From Candidatus Omnitrophota bacterium (GTDB lineage Bacteria > Omnitrophota > Gorgyraeia > Zapsychrales > Fredricksoniimonadaceae), in assembly GCA_903959815.1 (NCBI GenBank), contig CAJBYM010000002.1, positions 1 to 53,966 of the forward strand: a stretch of DNA of 53,966 nt. The letters run 5' to 3'. Of the stretch, positions 18,388 to 28,615 are shown in pieces (the first letter of the stretch is position 1; each line of letters starts with the position of its first letter). The notes beneath the pieces are model-generated. The model saw only the letters and a list, made by a program, of their open reading frames with translations, searched no databases and was not told the origin of the DNA. A program made the position numbers and the translations under genes.

Positions 18388-21300
18388 ATGCCGACGGGTA
18401 AGGCCTTCCATAAAGTCCTCGAGAGCGTTAAAACAGTCCTTTTTGCTATGGGCGCGGTTTTTCTTACGTGTTTTGTGGCCTGGGCTAGCGGCATCACCGT
18501 CCCTGAAAATTCCCGCCTGAATATTGATTCCGGAGAGTTGCACGTTGAAACAGATAATGCGCCAGGTTCGGTCACTAACCGCGGCATCATCAGGACCACC
18601 ACAGGGAAGATCCGTTTAAACGGTAATTGGACCACCGTGGGTGTCGGGTCTTATCAGCCGGGCACAGGTGCAGTTATTTTTTCTGCGACAACGGGGACAA
18701 CACAGACTATAACCGCAGGACCTTTAGGTCCGGGCGGTATCGTTGTTGATTCTTTTTATGATCTGACCCATGAATCGACATCGGTGCTTGAAATCCAGTC
18801 AGCTACAAATCCGTTGAATATCACAGGGACCTTCAGGAATCTGGATGGTAAATTCAAGGCCAATGGCATGACCATGAATGTGACGAGGAATTGGATCAAT
18901 ACAGCGCCTTCTGCTGTAGGAAATCTTTCTTTTGAGCATGGTAATAATGCTGTGAACTTGATCGGTGGCGATCAGGAGATCCAGGGAGAAACGACATTTT
19001 ATGATCTTGATAAACATTTGACATCAGTGCAGCAACAACAGCTTGTCTTTCCGTCTGGAAAAAGGCAGACGATCCAGCATAAGTTGACATTGCTTGGTTA
19101 TGATACGACGCATTTCTTGGCTTTACATAAGAGCGCCGGGATTGATGCGGCTCAATTGAGATTGGAGCTTACAGGCACTAGTCAGAACATCCGTTTTGTT
19201 GATGTGTGGGACAATGATGCTTCCGGAGGGCGTATGTTGGTGGCCCGAGAATCGCCGGATCATTCGGATTACGCGACGTATCATACGACCAACTGGGCAT
19301 TCGGTGGTGTGACCATCAAGTGGGACGGGGCTCAGGATGATCATTGGGATAATCCGTACAATTGGAATATTGGTCTTGTTCCTGAACCCGGCGATATTGT
19401 TATCATCCCGTATGATGATGAGGCCCCAACTCCGACGCCATTGCCATTTCAGCCTGTGTTGAATGGCAATATTATTATCGGATCCCTTGAGATCAAGCCT
19501 AATGCGACCGTGACCCTGGATCATTATAATGTCACAGTGCAGAGTGTTTTGACCAATTCCGGCATGATCGTTCTTAACGGCAATGAATCGGTTGTGGCAA
19601 CGACGATGAATGATACGGGTGTGGTCAAATATGTAGGGCTTGTAGGCGGGACTTTGAGTGATGTGAATATCCCGGGGAGTTTTATCATCGGTGGGGCTCC
19701 GCGTAATAGTTATAACGCTCTTATTGTTGATGAGACAGATCCTGCAACGCCGGATACGTTTAAGATATCGTCTGATGTGATGGTTGCTACGACAGCAACT
19801 TTTACGGCAGGGACGGTTTCGATCATGTCTGGAAAGCTTTTTAAGGCGGATGGTTTGACCACGGTCAATGGCGGCACATTGAATGCGCAAAACGGTCATT
19901 TGGCGTTGAATAGTTTTACCATTTCTACCGGTTCTTTATCAGCGCCAGCGGCTGCCTATAGTTTTACGCTTTCGGGTAATTTTACACGCAGCGGGGGGAC
20001 GTTCACACCCAATGATGGTAAAGTCAGTTTTGTATATGACAGCTTCAATCCCAATACGCTGTTGAATCAAACGATCCTTGGCAATGTGGGTTTCTTTGGT
20101 TTGGATAAGACCATGGTGCTGGGGGATCCTGTACCCCAGACACTCACATTTGGTGCCGGGGATTTGGTGATCGTTCAGCATGATCTGACATTAAAAGGAT
20201 TGGATAATCCTGATTATTTGAATATTGCCAGCACAGATCCCGGTGTTACGCCGGGAAGAATACGGCTTTCGATCGGCGCCTTGCAGGATATTCAGAAAGT
20301 TTCTGTTTGGGACAATGATGCTTCTGGCGGGTCTTTGCCCTGGGGTGTGGCGCTGGTGGCGCGTTTATCACCGGATCATTCTAATCCTTCTTATAAAACT
20401 ACCAACTGGGTGTACGGGGCAACAACTTATCGTTGGGACGGAACGCCCCTGGCTTCGGCCACACTTCCTGCGACAGAGTGGAATGAGCCTTCAAATTGGG
20501 ACCTCGGCCTTGTGCCGGGTATCGATGATACGGTCATCATCCGTTCTGAGGATGAGACCAATGGCAATGCGCCGATCGTTAACCAGCCTATTTTATCGAC
20601 GAACGTGAGCATTGCTGATCTTACCATTCGTGAAACGAATGCCACATTGACCTTGAATGGCAACAATTTACAAGTGCAACCCGGCGTGTTCAGTCATAAC
20701 GGGATCCTTTATCTTAAGGGCAATGAGATATTGGGGCTTGTGCAGGATATTGATTCCGGTACATTTGTTTATCAGGGTGACGCGGCTCCCACGCAGTATA
20801 ATTTGACCACACCTAACACATTTTTTAATTTAGAGATCCAGGGGGCGCCTTCGGGGCCTCCTTCCGGGACTCTATTTGCGTTTACAGACAATGTGGATAT
20901 GACGATCTATGGCAGTTTGACCATGTCCGGGTCTTCCTTGGATGCGAGCGCCCACTCTTTGGATGTGCGTAAGAATTTCGTTATGACCGCAGGGGCTTTT
21001 AAGGCTCCGGGGATCACAAAAGATTTTAAACTGACAGGAAATTTTACACAAACAACGGCCACCGGATTTGATGCCAATGGCGGAACTCTGACGTTGAATG
21101 CGACTTCTGAGACAGATGATACGCAGCAGATCATTGAGGGTACAACCACATTTTCTGGTCTTAGCAAAACGACACCCTCTGCGACCAAGGTGCATCGGAT
21201 TATCTTTGATAGCTTAGGCCAACAGACGATCACACGAAGCCTTGAGCTGACGGGTTTTTCACAGCTGCATCCTTTGGAATTGAAGGCTACCGTGACAAAT

Positions 21301-24300
21301 TCTCCTGCGAAAATATCGTTACAACTGGGGGGCTTGCAAACCATTCAATTTGTAGATGTGCGTGATTCTGATGCTTCGTATGCCAGCGGCATATGGCTGG
21401 TGGCGCGCGACTCCGATGATCATTCAGATTTTACGACGTACAAGAATACGCATTGGTTGTTCGATATTCCGACGGTGCGATGGACAGGAACTCTTTCAAC
21501 GGATTGGAATGATCCCCACAACTGGGATCTTGGTTTTGTTCCGGTTAATAGCTATATGATCGGTGCGCTCACGATTCCGGGCGATGATGTTCAGATACCC
21601 AACGTGCCCAATCAGCCGCATTTAACAACGCCGCCCGGTGCTGTGAATTTGCGTAACATGACGATTGAAGTGGATGGGAATATTTATCTTGATGGTTTCG
21701 GCATGACAGTGACCGGAGCACTATCTAACCAGGGTACTGTGATCTTGCAAGGCACAGAACCTGTGACGATCCAGACACCGGACATAGACTCCGGAACGTT
21801 TAAGTATATGGGGCTCGATTCCGTTTCTCCCAGTACGATCCAGATCCTTGACATGACGGGTACGCCCTATGCACCGCTCACATTCTTCAATCTTGTGATC
21901 GCGGACACGGGATCTGTTCTTAATACGTTTCAGCCGAATGCGAATTTGAACGTCAATGGTTCATTGACGATTAACAACGGGATCCTGGATACATCTACGT
22001 CGTCTTTGGCGTTGACGGTGGCGGGTAATATGAGGGTGTCAGGGGGCGAGCTGGATGCGGCGCATGGATCAATCGCGCTTACGGGTTCAATGCTTCTTGA
22101 TGGAGGTGCTGTCTCCGCACCTGATACTGGCACGGATGCCGCGAGAACATTTACAGTGCAAGGGAATTGGACCAATACTTCCGGGATGTTCTCGCCTAAT
22201 ACCGGACGTGTTACATTTAACGGATCTAATAATATCACGTTCAGTGGCAATACGCCCTTTTGGGATCTTACGGTGATTGGTCCGCCGGCAGGCAGAACGG
22301 TATTTTTCCAGCAGGGGTCTAATCAAACGGTTGCAAACACGCTCAATATGTACGGTGATAATACGCATAAGCTTGTTTTGCGTTCCACCGTAGATAGTAC
22401 GCCTGGAGGAAGCTCTACTGATTGGATGTTGACGATATTATCCGGAACACCGCTGGTCAATAATCTTGATGTTCGGGATGCCAATGCTATTTTTCCTGTT
22501 TCCAATACAACGCTTAAAAAATATATCTTGGCCTTTAATTCCATTGATCAGAAAAATGCGGCTATTTCTACCAACACGAACTGGCTTTTCGTCATGCTTG
22601 ATATTGTTGCTCCTTTGAGTGATCGAACGGTCGATTCTGTGCCGACGATCATTGGGCATGGTATTCCAGGCGAGCCGCTTACGCTGCTGGATATAACCGG
22701 TAGTGTTGTCGCAACGACGATCGTGGATGCCAATGGGAATTTCCGTGTTGTGGTTGGGCAAGATGATGCCAATCTTGGTATTCCCATTAAGCCGGCGTTG
22801 GACATTAGTGCTGGAACCAATGACAATCAGATCGTGCCGGTCTATAACGGATATGCGGGGAATCCCTCGACGATCACCGTGGTGGCAACCACGACATCTA
22901 GTCAGGTCCCTGTGATCACGTGGCCTGCTAATATGGAACGTGTGGGTTCGCAAAATCCGACTATTACAGGTGAAGGTAAGCCTGGCGCTCATATCGTGAT
23001 CGTTTCTTATAATCCTTCCGGTTCTATGGCGTTAACACTGCCTCCCGATGCTTATGCGGGAGAAGGAACGGTGGGCCTGGATGGTAAGTTCGCCATTACT
23101 ATGACGCGGCCGCTGATGCCCGGGCATAATTTTGTGTCGGTCATTGTTGATGGTGTTTCAAGCAAGATCATGGAATATCTCATCAATGACGTAAAGGGAA
23201 CGGTTTTTGATCCGATCACCAACCAGCCTATTAAAGATGCCAGGGTTTCGCTTTATAACGCGAACGGGACTTTGGCTGTGCCAGGGGTGGATATCAGCAA
23301 TCTGGATATTAATCCGTTCATTACAGGCTCCGACGGAAAGTTCTTCTTTCTGACATCGGCGGGGCCTTTTAAGTTTGGGATTGATGCCGTGGGTTATGAT
23401 TATCCGACCAGGCTTTCGGATGCCGAGATGCCCGCAGGACGTAGCGTGACGGTAGGTTCACGCGGGGAGTTGTTTACTCCTGGACTCGCTGTGGTGATGG
23501 ATCAGCCTGTTGATCCGAATACGTTCACCTTCAGGGTTGAAAAGAAGGCGAATAAGGCTGAAGCACGCATTGGTGAGGTTGTGACATATACGGTAACGAT
23601 GGAAAGCCTTCTGCAATCAAATGTGGTTTATTTAACGAAAATGGCAGACGTTATTCCTCCGGGTTTTAAATATATGAGCGGGCGTGCCCAGTTTGATGGT
23701 GCGCCTGTTGAGCCGGAAGGTAATCGTCCGCTGCTGTTTGATACAGGGACGTTTACGGCGGGCCAGAAGAAAACCATCCGGTATCAGCTTGTTGTTGGCT
23801 CCGGCGTGGCGCCCGGGAATTATGAAAACGTGGCCACTATGAGATATACCAACAATTCGATCTTGTCGAATCGTGCAACGGCAACGGTTAAGATCATCCT
23901 GGATCCGCTCTTTGATGCCGGCACGATCTTTGGTAAGGTTTTCTATGACTGGAATGAGAATGGCCGGCAGGATGATCCAGAGTATGTGGCCGAAGATCGC
24001 GAGGAGATCATTGAAGGGCCGGTGCCGAATGTTCGGCTTGTGATGGAAGATGGAACGGTTGTGACAGCGGATGTTAACGGGCAGTTCCACATTCCTGCCC
24101 TGTTACCGGGCCGTCATTTGCTCAGGCTGGATGAACGTTCTTTGCCGCCGGGTGCTTATTTAACGGGCGATAAAGTACAGGTCATTGACGTGACGCCGGG
24201 GAGTATTTTCAAGATTAACTTTGGCGTGAATATGGATAATACGCAGATCGTCGGTAAAGATGCTGAGTTCTTCCAGAGATCGTTCTCGATTGATCAGGCT

Positions 24301-27300
24301 ACGGTTCAGCCCAAGCCGCGCTTGAATCTTAATGTCTTTAATGACAACATCCTTTTGCATAATCAAACGGTCATCGAACAGATCGAGTTCAGGATCTTCA
24401 CGAACTACGCACCCTTCTTGATGTCATGGCAGTTAGATGTCCTTGACGCCGACACGAAGAAGATCGTGCGTTCGTTCACAGGAACACGCCGTAATATTTA
24501 TGATCCGATCTATTGGGATGGCCGTGATGCCCTGGGTCAATATGTGCGTCCGGATTTTCATTATGCTTATGTCTTGAAGGTTAAGGATGAAAATGACAAG
24601 TGGGATGAAACGACGGAACAGGCCTTGTCTTTGAAAGTGATGACTGACGAGGAAATGACCGAACGTCAGCGTCAACGTTCTGATAAAGAGAAGATCGATG
24701 AAGCTAATGCGCGTTCCAAGAAATACCGTACGTTTCTCTTAGCGCTGGCCCAGGGGAACGCACTTAAGGCGCAGAACATTTGGGTCAAGGGCGATACGGT
24801 GGTTCTCAAGTCAACAGCTGCGGATGTGCGGCAGGTCCGGGTGCTTAAGAATGGCGAATTGTTCATGGAGATGCCGGTCCTGGAGCGCGCAGGTTTAACG
24901 GCACGCGAACTTCTGGATGGGGGTTCACAGCAGCAATCGACCCCGATGGAAGTCATTTTGCCTGACGGTGACTATGAACTTGATGTGGTTAGCGCCGACA
25001 GCTCTGCTGAAGGCGAGGGAAGGCCCGTCCTTTTGGCTCAAAAAGCTTCAGGCGAGGCTCTGGGGACAGGTGTGGTTCCTGCGGATGGGCTTAGTATGAT
25101 TGAGCCTGTTACGGTGCAGACCGCGCATTACAAGAGGGCTTTGAAGGTTGGTCAGGATTATCTGATGTTCGTCGCGATGGGAGATGGTAAAGCCGGATAT
25201 AACATGAATCGCGGTAACATTGAGCCTGTTCAGAGCAATGAGACATACAAGCGTGGTTTTTATAGTGAAGGTAAGCTGGCTTATTATTTAAAGGGTAAGA
25301 TCAAAGGCAAATATCTTGTGACATCGAGTTTTGATACAGAGCGTCAGCGCAAAGAAGTATTGCGCACCTTCAGGAATGAGGAATATTATCCGGTCTACGG
25401 GGATTCTTCAAGTGTTAACTATGATGCAACCAATACCGAAGGGCCTCTTTACCTTGCCGTTGATTGGGATAAATCTCAAGCTATTTGGGGCAATTACGCG
25501 GTGGCATTCAATAATGTTGAATTCGCCAATTATACCCGGTCACTTTATGGCGGAAAGCTTGATTACAAGACGGTGGCGAGCACGGATTATGGTGAGCCAA
25601 AGACAAATGTCGTGGTCTTTCATGCCGAAGTCCGTCAGCGCAGTGCGCACAATGAATTCTTAGGAACTGGCGGTTCTTTATATTATTTCAAACACCAGGA
25701 TATTGTTCAAGGGACCGACAGCATTAAGCTTGAAGTGCGTGATAGTGTGACGGGACTTGTGAAGTCGACAGCGGAGATGAAGGAAGGCGTGGATTACAAC
25801 ATGGACTATGCGAATGGCCGCATTCTTTTCTGGCGGCCGGTGTCGATGTCGGTGGACAGTGACCGCTTGATCTCCAATTCTTTGTTAGGAGGGGATCCTG
25901 TTTATGTGGTGGCAAATTATGAATACTTTGTCCATGACAAGATCGCTGAAGGGACCCAGGGTGTGCGTGTGGCCCAGGCTGTGGGGAAGAATCTTCTGGT
26001 GGGGGGGACCTATGTTTCTGAAACGCAGGCGAATCGCAATTATCAGTTGAAGGGTCAGGATGTGACGGTCCATCTTGGTAAGAATGCAACGGTGCAAGCC
26101 GAGTATGCCGAGACCTCTTCAGACGCGCAGAATAATTATATTTCAACCGATGGCGGGATCACGTTCAGTCAGTTGGCATCTGCGGATAATGCTACGGGCA
26201 GGGCTTATGGCATCAAACAGGATGCGCGGCTTTTTGACCGTATCGGTCTTAAGAGTTATTACAAGTGGATCGATGATGGGTTCTCGACAAGTGGCACCAC
26301 ATCCCAGCAGGGCAAGGAGTTGAAGGGGCTTGCGATGACGTTTGATCTGACGCCTGTCACGCGTCTGACCGCCAGCCGTGATGTCCAGCGGCTCATTGAT
26401 CGCGGGAATCTTCAGACAGCCATGCAGGTCGGTGCCAAGGAGACAACAACGACTCTTGTTCAGGTGGTGCATGATGCGCGTCGTTTAAGACTTAAGGAAG
26501 AATTTCAGAGTGTAGAAGTTAAAGGAGCTGACGGGGTGACGACCCGTAATACGAACACGCTGAGTGCAGCCGCGCAGGCTGAGTATGCACTCAATGAAAA
26601 GACGGATCTCTTGTTGCGTCATGAAGCGAGCCTCTCTGGTGCCGCAACGCAGGCTACGACGGTGGGCATCAAACGCCAGATCACGGATAAGTTGAGTGCC
26701 AACCTTGAGGAAACATTCAGCACGGATGGCACGGCCACGAAGGTTGGGGCTACGGCCAACGTGACGCCTAAACTTGCGGTTAATACCGACTTCACATTGG
26801 CTCAAACCCGTGCGGGGCAGACCGCCCAGACCGTGGCGTTGGGGGGTAAAGGGCAGATCAACAATAATACGTCACTCGAAGCCACGACCAGTGTCACGCA
26901 GACAAGTGCCGGTGTAGATGAAAAGACCCTTGCTTTGGGGGCTACAAGCAAGGTTGATGATAATACCAATGTTAAACTCGGTGTTGAATCGACGGCAACA
27001 GCAGATGCTACTAAATCACGACAGGCGCTTGTTCTTGCGGGGACGAAGACAGGGAAAGAAGGGCGTGAAACAACAACGGGTGTGAAGCTTGAGGATCGTC
27101 CGGTTGAGGGTCAGACCACGGTCATTACGGCGGGCGAGAAAGGTCAGATCAATTCAATGATGCAGATGGCGAGTGAACGTTCATTCGCATTCGGAGCCAA
27201 TGGCCAGGAACAGGCTGATACTTATAAGATCGCCAGGACTAAAGACGGGAGGAGCGTGGAAACGTCATATGCCCGTAAGTTTGCGGATACGCAGAGTGAA

Positions 27301-28539
27301 CATTCCGACTCGAATATCTTTGCGTTGAGCGGGGATGTGAACGACCGTGTGGCGTTACAGGCAAGCCTTGAAAAAGGCCAGGCTTTGAATCTTGATGGTT
27401 CGATCTACAATCGCATTGCGTTGTCGACGGGGTTGGGGTATGTCGAAAAAGATCTTGAGACGTCCAAGGTCATTTTCCAAAGTTCGACGAAGGCAGAGGT
27501 TCGTCTTGACCAGGGTGTGACCGATAAGCAGCAGTATGTGATTTATCAATCAGCAGAAGGCAAGATCAATGAGCAAACAACAGTTCGCGGCAAGTTCAGT
27601 TACTCTACAACGAAGAATATGAGCACCAAGAAAGCTGAGGCCGGATATAAGGAGATCATGTTGGGGGCGGCGTATCGTCCTATTGCGATGGACCGGGTTA
27701 ATCTTTTTGGAGAGTACACGTATAAAGAGAATAAAGGGCCGGTTGGTCAGGTTCTTGCCAGTGATGTTGAACAGACCAAAATGCATGTCTTGAGCGTGGG
27801 TGGTGCATATGAGTTAAGTGAAAAGTGGGAGTTGATCGAAAAATTAGCTATGCGCATCATGGAAGAAAAAGTGACAGGTTTTCAATTTGCTAAAACACAT
27901 ACGTGGCTTTTGATCAATCGAGCGAATTATGTTCTTAACCAGGATTGGAAGATCGGCGCTGAGTACAGGATCCTTACGGTTAAGGAAGCTAGAGATCAGA
28001 AAAGAGGGTTGTTAGTTGAGGCGGTGCGTAGTGTTAACGATAATGTTGAGTTGGGTATCGGGTATAATTTCACGAACTTTGTAGATGATCTGACTAATCT
28101 CAGTTATACGGTGCAGGGGCCGTTCATTCGCATGACCGGCAAGCTTTATGATCAAAGTCCTGAAGAGCGTGCACGGGCCAGGGGTAAATGGCTCGAACAT
28201 CGTGTTGAGATCTATGCCAAGAGAATGCTTAAGAAGGAGATCGAGGATCCTAATAGCAGGGTGATGGTTGAGTTTAATCGCATGTATCAGATGGCCAAGG
28301 CTGCGCAACAGCATGGTAAATATGAAGAATCGCGCGAGATTTACAAGAATATCATTACGGCCACGCAGATGATGTATGAAGAAGCGGCCCAGTTCGTCCG
28401 TCATCATATCGCCTATGAAGAGAAGATCTACAATGCGTATCAGCGTGCGCAGGAATATTATGCCAAAGGTGAGTTTTGGCAAGCTAGAAAATTGTGGGAA
28501 AAAATTGTGGAAGAAGCTTCCAAGGCTGTGCTAGAATAA
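18388..28539 (+). CDS. Giant surface protein: signal peptide, ~350-370 aa beta-rich repeats, Ig-like domains, DUF11, SdrD-B-like domain, large C-terminal outer-membrane beta-barrel, helical tail
   Basis: 3383-aa ORF; recurrent 'W.G...W..P.NW..G.VP'; 'VEKKANK.EARIGEVVTYTV'; 'GTIFGKVFYDWNENGRQD'; long alternating beta-strand pattern ~25150-28146. Confidence 0.8.
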   Translation: MPTGKAFHKVLESVKTVLFAMGAVFLTCFVAWASGITVPENSRLNIDSGELHVETDNAPGSVTNRGIIRTTTGKIRLNGNWTTVGVGSYQPGTGAVIFSATTGTTQTITAGPLGPGGIVVDSFYDLTHESTSVLEIQSATNPLNITGTFRNLDGKFKANGMTMNVTRNWINTAPSAVGNLSFEHGNNAVNLIGGDQEIQGETTFYDLDKHLTSVQQQQLVFPSGKRQTIQHKLTLLGYDTTHFLALHKSAGIDAAQLRLELTGTSQNIRFVDVWDNDASGGRMLVARESPDHSDYATYHTTNWAFGGVTIKWDGAQDDHWDNPYNWNIGLVPEPGDIVIIPYDDEAPTPTPLPFQPVLNGNIIIGSLEIKPNATVTLDHYNVTVQSVLTNSGMIVLNGNESVVATTMNDTGVVKYVGLVGGTLSDVNIPGSFIIGGAPRNSYNALIVDETDPATPDTFKISSDVMVATTATFTAGTVSIMSGKLFKADGLTTVNGGTLNAQNGHLALNSFTISTGSLSAPAAAYSFTLSGNFTRSGGTFTPNDGKVSFVYDSFNPNTLLNQTILGNVGFFGLDKTMVLGDPVPQTLTFGAGDLVIVQHDLTLKGLDNPDYLNIASTDPGVTPGRIRLSIGALQDIQKVSVWDNDASGGSLPWGVALVARLSPDHSNPSYKTTNWVYGATTYRWDGTPLASATLPATEWNEPSNWDLGLVPGIDDTVIIRSEDETNGNAPIVNQPILSTNVSIADLTIRETNATLTLNGNNLQVQPGVFSHNGILYLKGNEILGLVQDIDSGTFVYQGDAAPTQYNLTTPNTFFNLEIQGAPSGPPSGTLFAFTDNVDMTIYGSLTMSGSSLDASAHSLDVRKNFVMTAGAFKAPGITKDFKLTGNFTQTTATGFDANGGTLTLNATSETDDTQQIIEGTTTFSGLSKTTPSATKVHRIIFDSLGQQTITRSLELTGFSQLHPLELKATVTNSPAKISLQLGGLQTIQFVDVRDSDASYASGIWLVARDSDDHSDFTTYKNTHWLFDIPTVRWTGTLSTDWNDPHNWDLGFVPVNSYMIGALTIPGDDVQIPNVPNQPHLTTPPGAVNLRNMTIEVDGNIYLDGFGMTVTGALSNQGTVILQGTEPVTIQTPDIDSGTFKYMGLDSVSPSTIQILDMTGTPYAPLTFFNLVIADTGSVLNTFQPNANLNVNGSLTINNGILDTSTSSLALTVAGNMRVSGGELDAAHGSIALTGSMLLDGGAVSAPDTGTDAARTFTVQGNWTNTSGMFSPNTGRVTFNGSNNITFSGNTPFWDLTVIGPPAGRTVFFQQGSNQTVANTLNMYGDNTHKLVLRSTVDSTPGGSSTDWMLTILSGTPLVNNLDVRDANAIFPVSNTTLKKYILAFNSIDQKNAAISTNTNWLFVMLDIVAPLSDRTVDSVPTIIGHGIPGEPLTLLDITGSVVATTIVDANGNFRVVVGQDDANLGIPIKPALDISAGTNDNQIVPVYNGYAGNPSTITVVATTTSSQVPVITWPANMERVGSQNPTITGEGKPGAHIVIVSYNPSGSMALTLPPDAYAGEGTVGLDGKFAITMTRPLMPGHNFVSVIVDGVSSKIMEYLINDVKGTVFDPITNQPIKDARVSLYNANGTLAVPGVDISNLDINPFITGSDGKFFFLTSAGPFKFGIDAVGYDYPTRLSDAEMPAGRSVTVGSRGELFTPGLAVVMDQPVDPNTFTFRVEKKANKAEARIGEVVTYTVTMESLLQSNVVYLTKMADVIPPGFKYMSGRAQFDGAPVEPEGNRPLLFDTGTFTAGQKKTIRYQLVVGSGVAPGNYENVATMRYTNNSILSNRATATVKIILDPLFDAGTIFGKVFYDWNENGRQDDPEYVAEDREEIIEGPVPNVRLVMEDGTVVTADVNGQFHIPALLPGRHLLRLDERSLPPGAYLTGDKVQVIDVTPGSIFKINFGVNMDNTQIVGKDAEFFQRSFSIDQATVQPKPRLNLNVFNDNILLHNQTVIEQIEFRIFTNYAPFLMSWQLDVLDADTKKIVRSFTGTRRNIYDPIYWDGRDALGQYVRPDFHYAYVLKVKDENDKWDETTEQALSLKVMTDEEMTERQRQRSDKEKIDEANARSKKYRTFLLALAQGNALKAQNIWVKGDTVVLKSTAADVRQVRVLKNGELFMEMPVLERAGLTARELLDGGSQQQSTPMEVILPDGDYELDVVSADSSAEGEGRPVLLAQKASGEALGTGVVPADGLSMIEPVTVQTAHYKRALKVGQDYLMFVAMGDGKAGYNMNRGNIEPVQSNETYKRGFYSEGKLAYYLKGKIKGKYLVTSSFDTERQRKEVLRTFRNEEYYPVYGDSSSVNYDATNTEGPLYLAVDWDKSQAIWGNYAVAFNNVEFANYTRSLYGGKLDYKTVASTDYGEPKTNVVVFHAEVRQRSAHNEFLGTGGSLYYFKHQDIVQGTDSIKLEVRDSVTGLVKSTAEMKEGVDYNMDYANGRILFWRPVSMSVDSDRLISNSLLGGDPVYVVANYEYFVHDKIAEGTQGVRVAQAVGKNLLVGGTYVSETQANRNYQLKGQDVTVHLGKNATVQAEYAETSSDAQNNYISTDGGITFSQLASADNATGRAYGIKQDARLFDRIGLKSYYKWIDDGFSTSGTTSQQGKELKGLAMTFDLTPVTRLTASRDVQRLIDRGNLQTAMQVGAKETTTTLVQVVHDARRLRLKEEFQSVEVKGADGVTTRNTNTLSAAAQAEYALNEKTDLLLRHEASLSGAATQATTVGIKRQITDKLSANLEETFSTDGTATKVGATANVTPKLAVNTDFTLAQTRAGQTAQTVALGGKGQINNNTSLEATTSVTQTSAGVDEKTLALGATSKVDDNTNVKLGVESTATADATKSRQALVLAGTKTGKEGRETTTGVKLEDRPVEGQTTVITAGEKGQINSMMQMASERSFAFGANGQEQADTYKIARTKDGRSVETSYARKFADTQSEHSDSNIFALSGDVNDRVALQASLEKGQALNLDGSIYNRIALSTGLGYVEKDLETSKVIFQSSTKAEVRLDQGVTDKQQYVIYQSAEGKINEQTTVRGKFSYSTTKNMSTKKAEAGYKEIMLGAAYRPIAMDRVNLFGEYTYKENKGPVGQVLASDVEQTKMHVLSVGGAYELSEKWELIEKLAMRIMEEKVTGFQFAKTHTWLLINRANYVLNQDWKIGAEYRILTVKEARDQKRGLLVEAVRSVNDNVELGIGYNFTNFVDDLTNLSYTVQGPFIRMTGKLYDQSPEERARARGKWLEHRVEIYAKRMLKKEIEDPNSRVMVEFNRMYQMAKAAQQHGKYEESREIYKNIITATQMMYEEAAQFVRHHIAYEEKIYNAYQRAQEYYAKGEFWQARKLWEKIVEEASKAVLE
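18745..22590 (+). repeat. Intragenic tandem protein repeats (3 full plus partial)
   Basis: 'W.G' motif codons at 19321, 20434, 21481; 'D.DAS...LVAR.S.DHS...Y..T.W' near 19210, 20311, 21364, degenerate near 22477. Confidence 0.8.
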
Positions 28540-28615
28540 CGGCGTTTATTTAATAATGTCATTGATTTCAATCGGTTCTGTCATTTCTCCGTCGGAGGGG
28601 CTTTAAAAAGACCTT

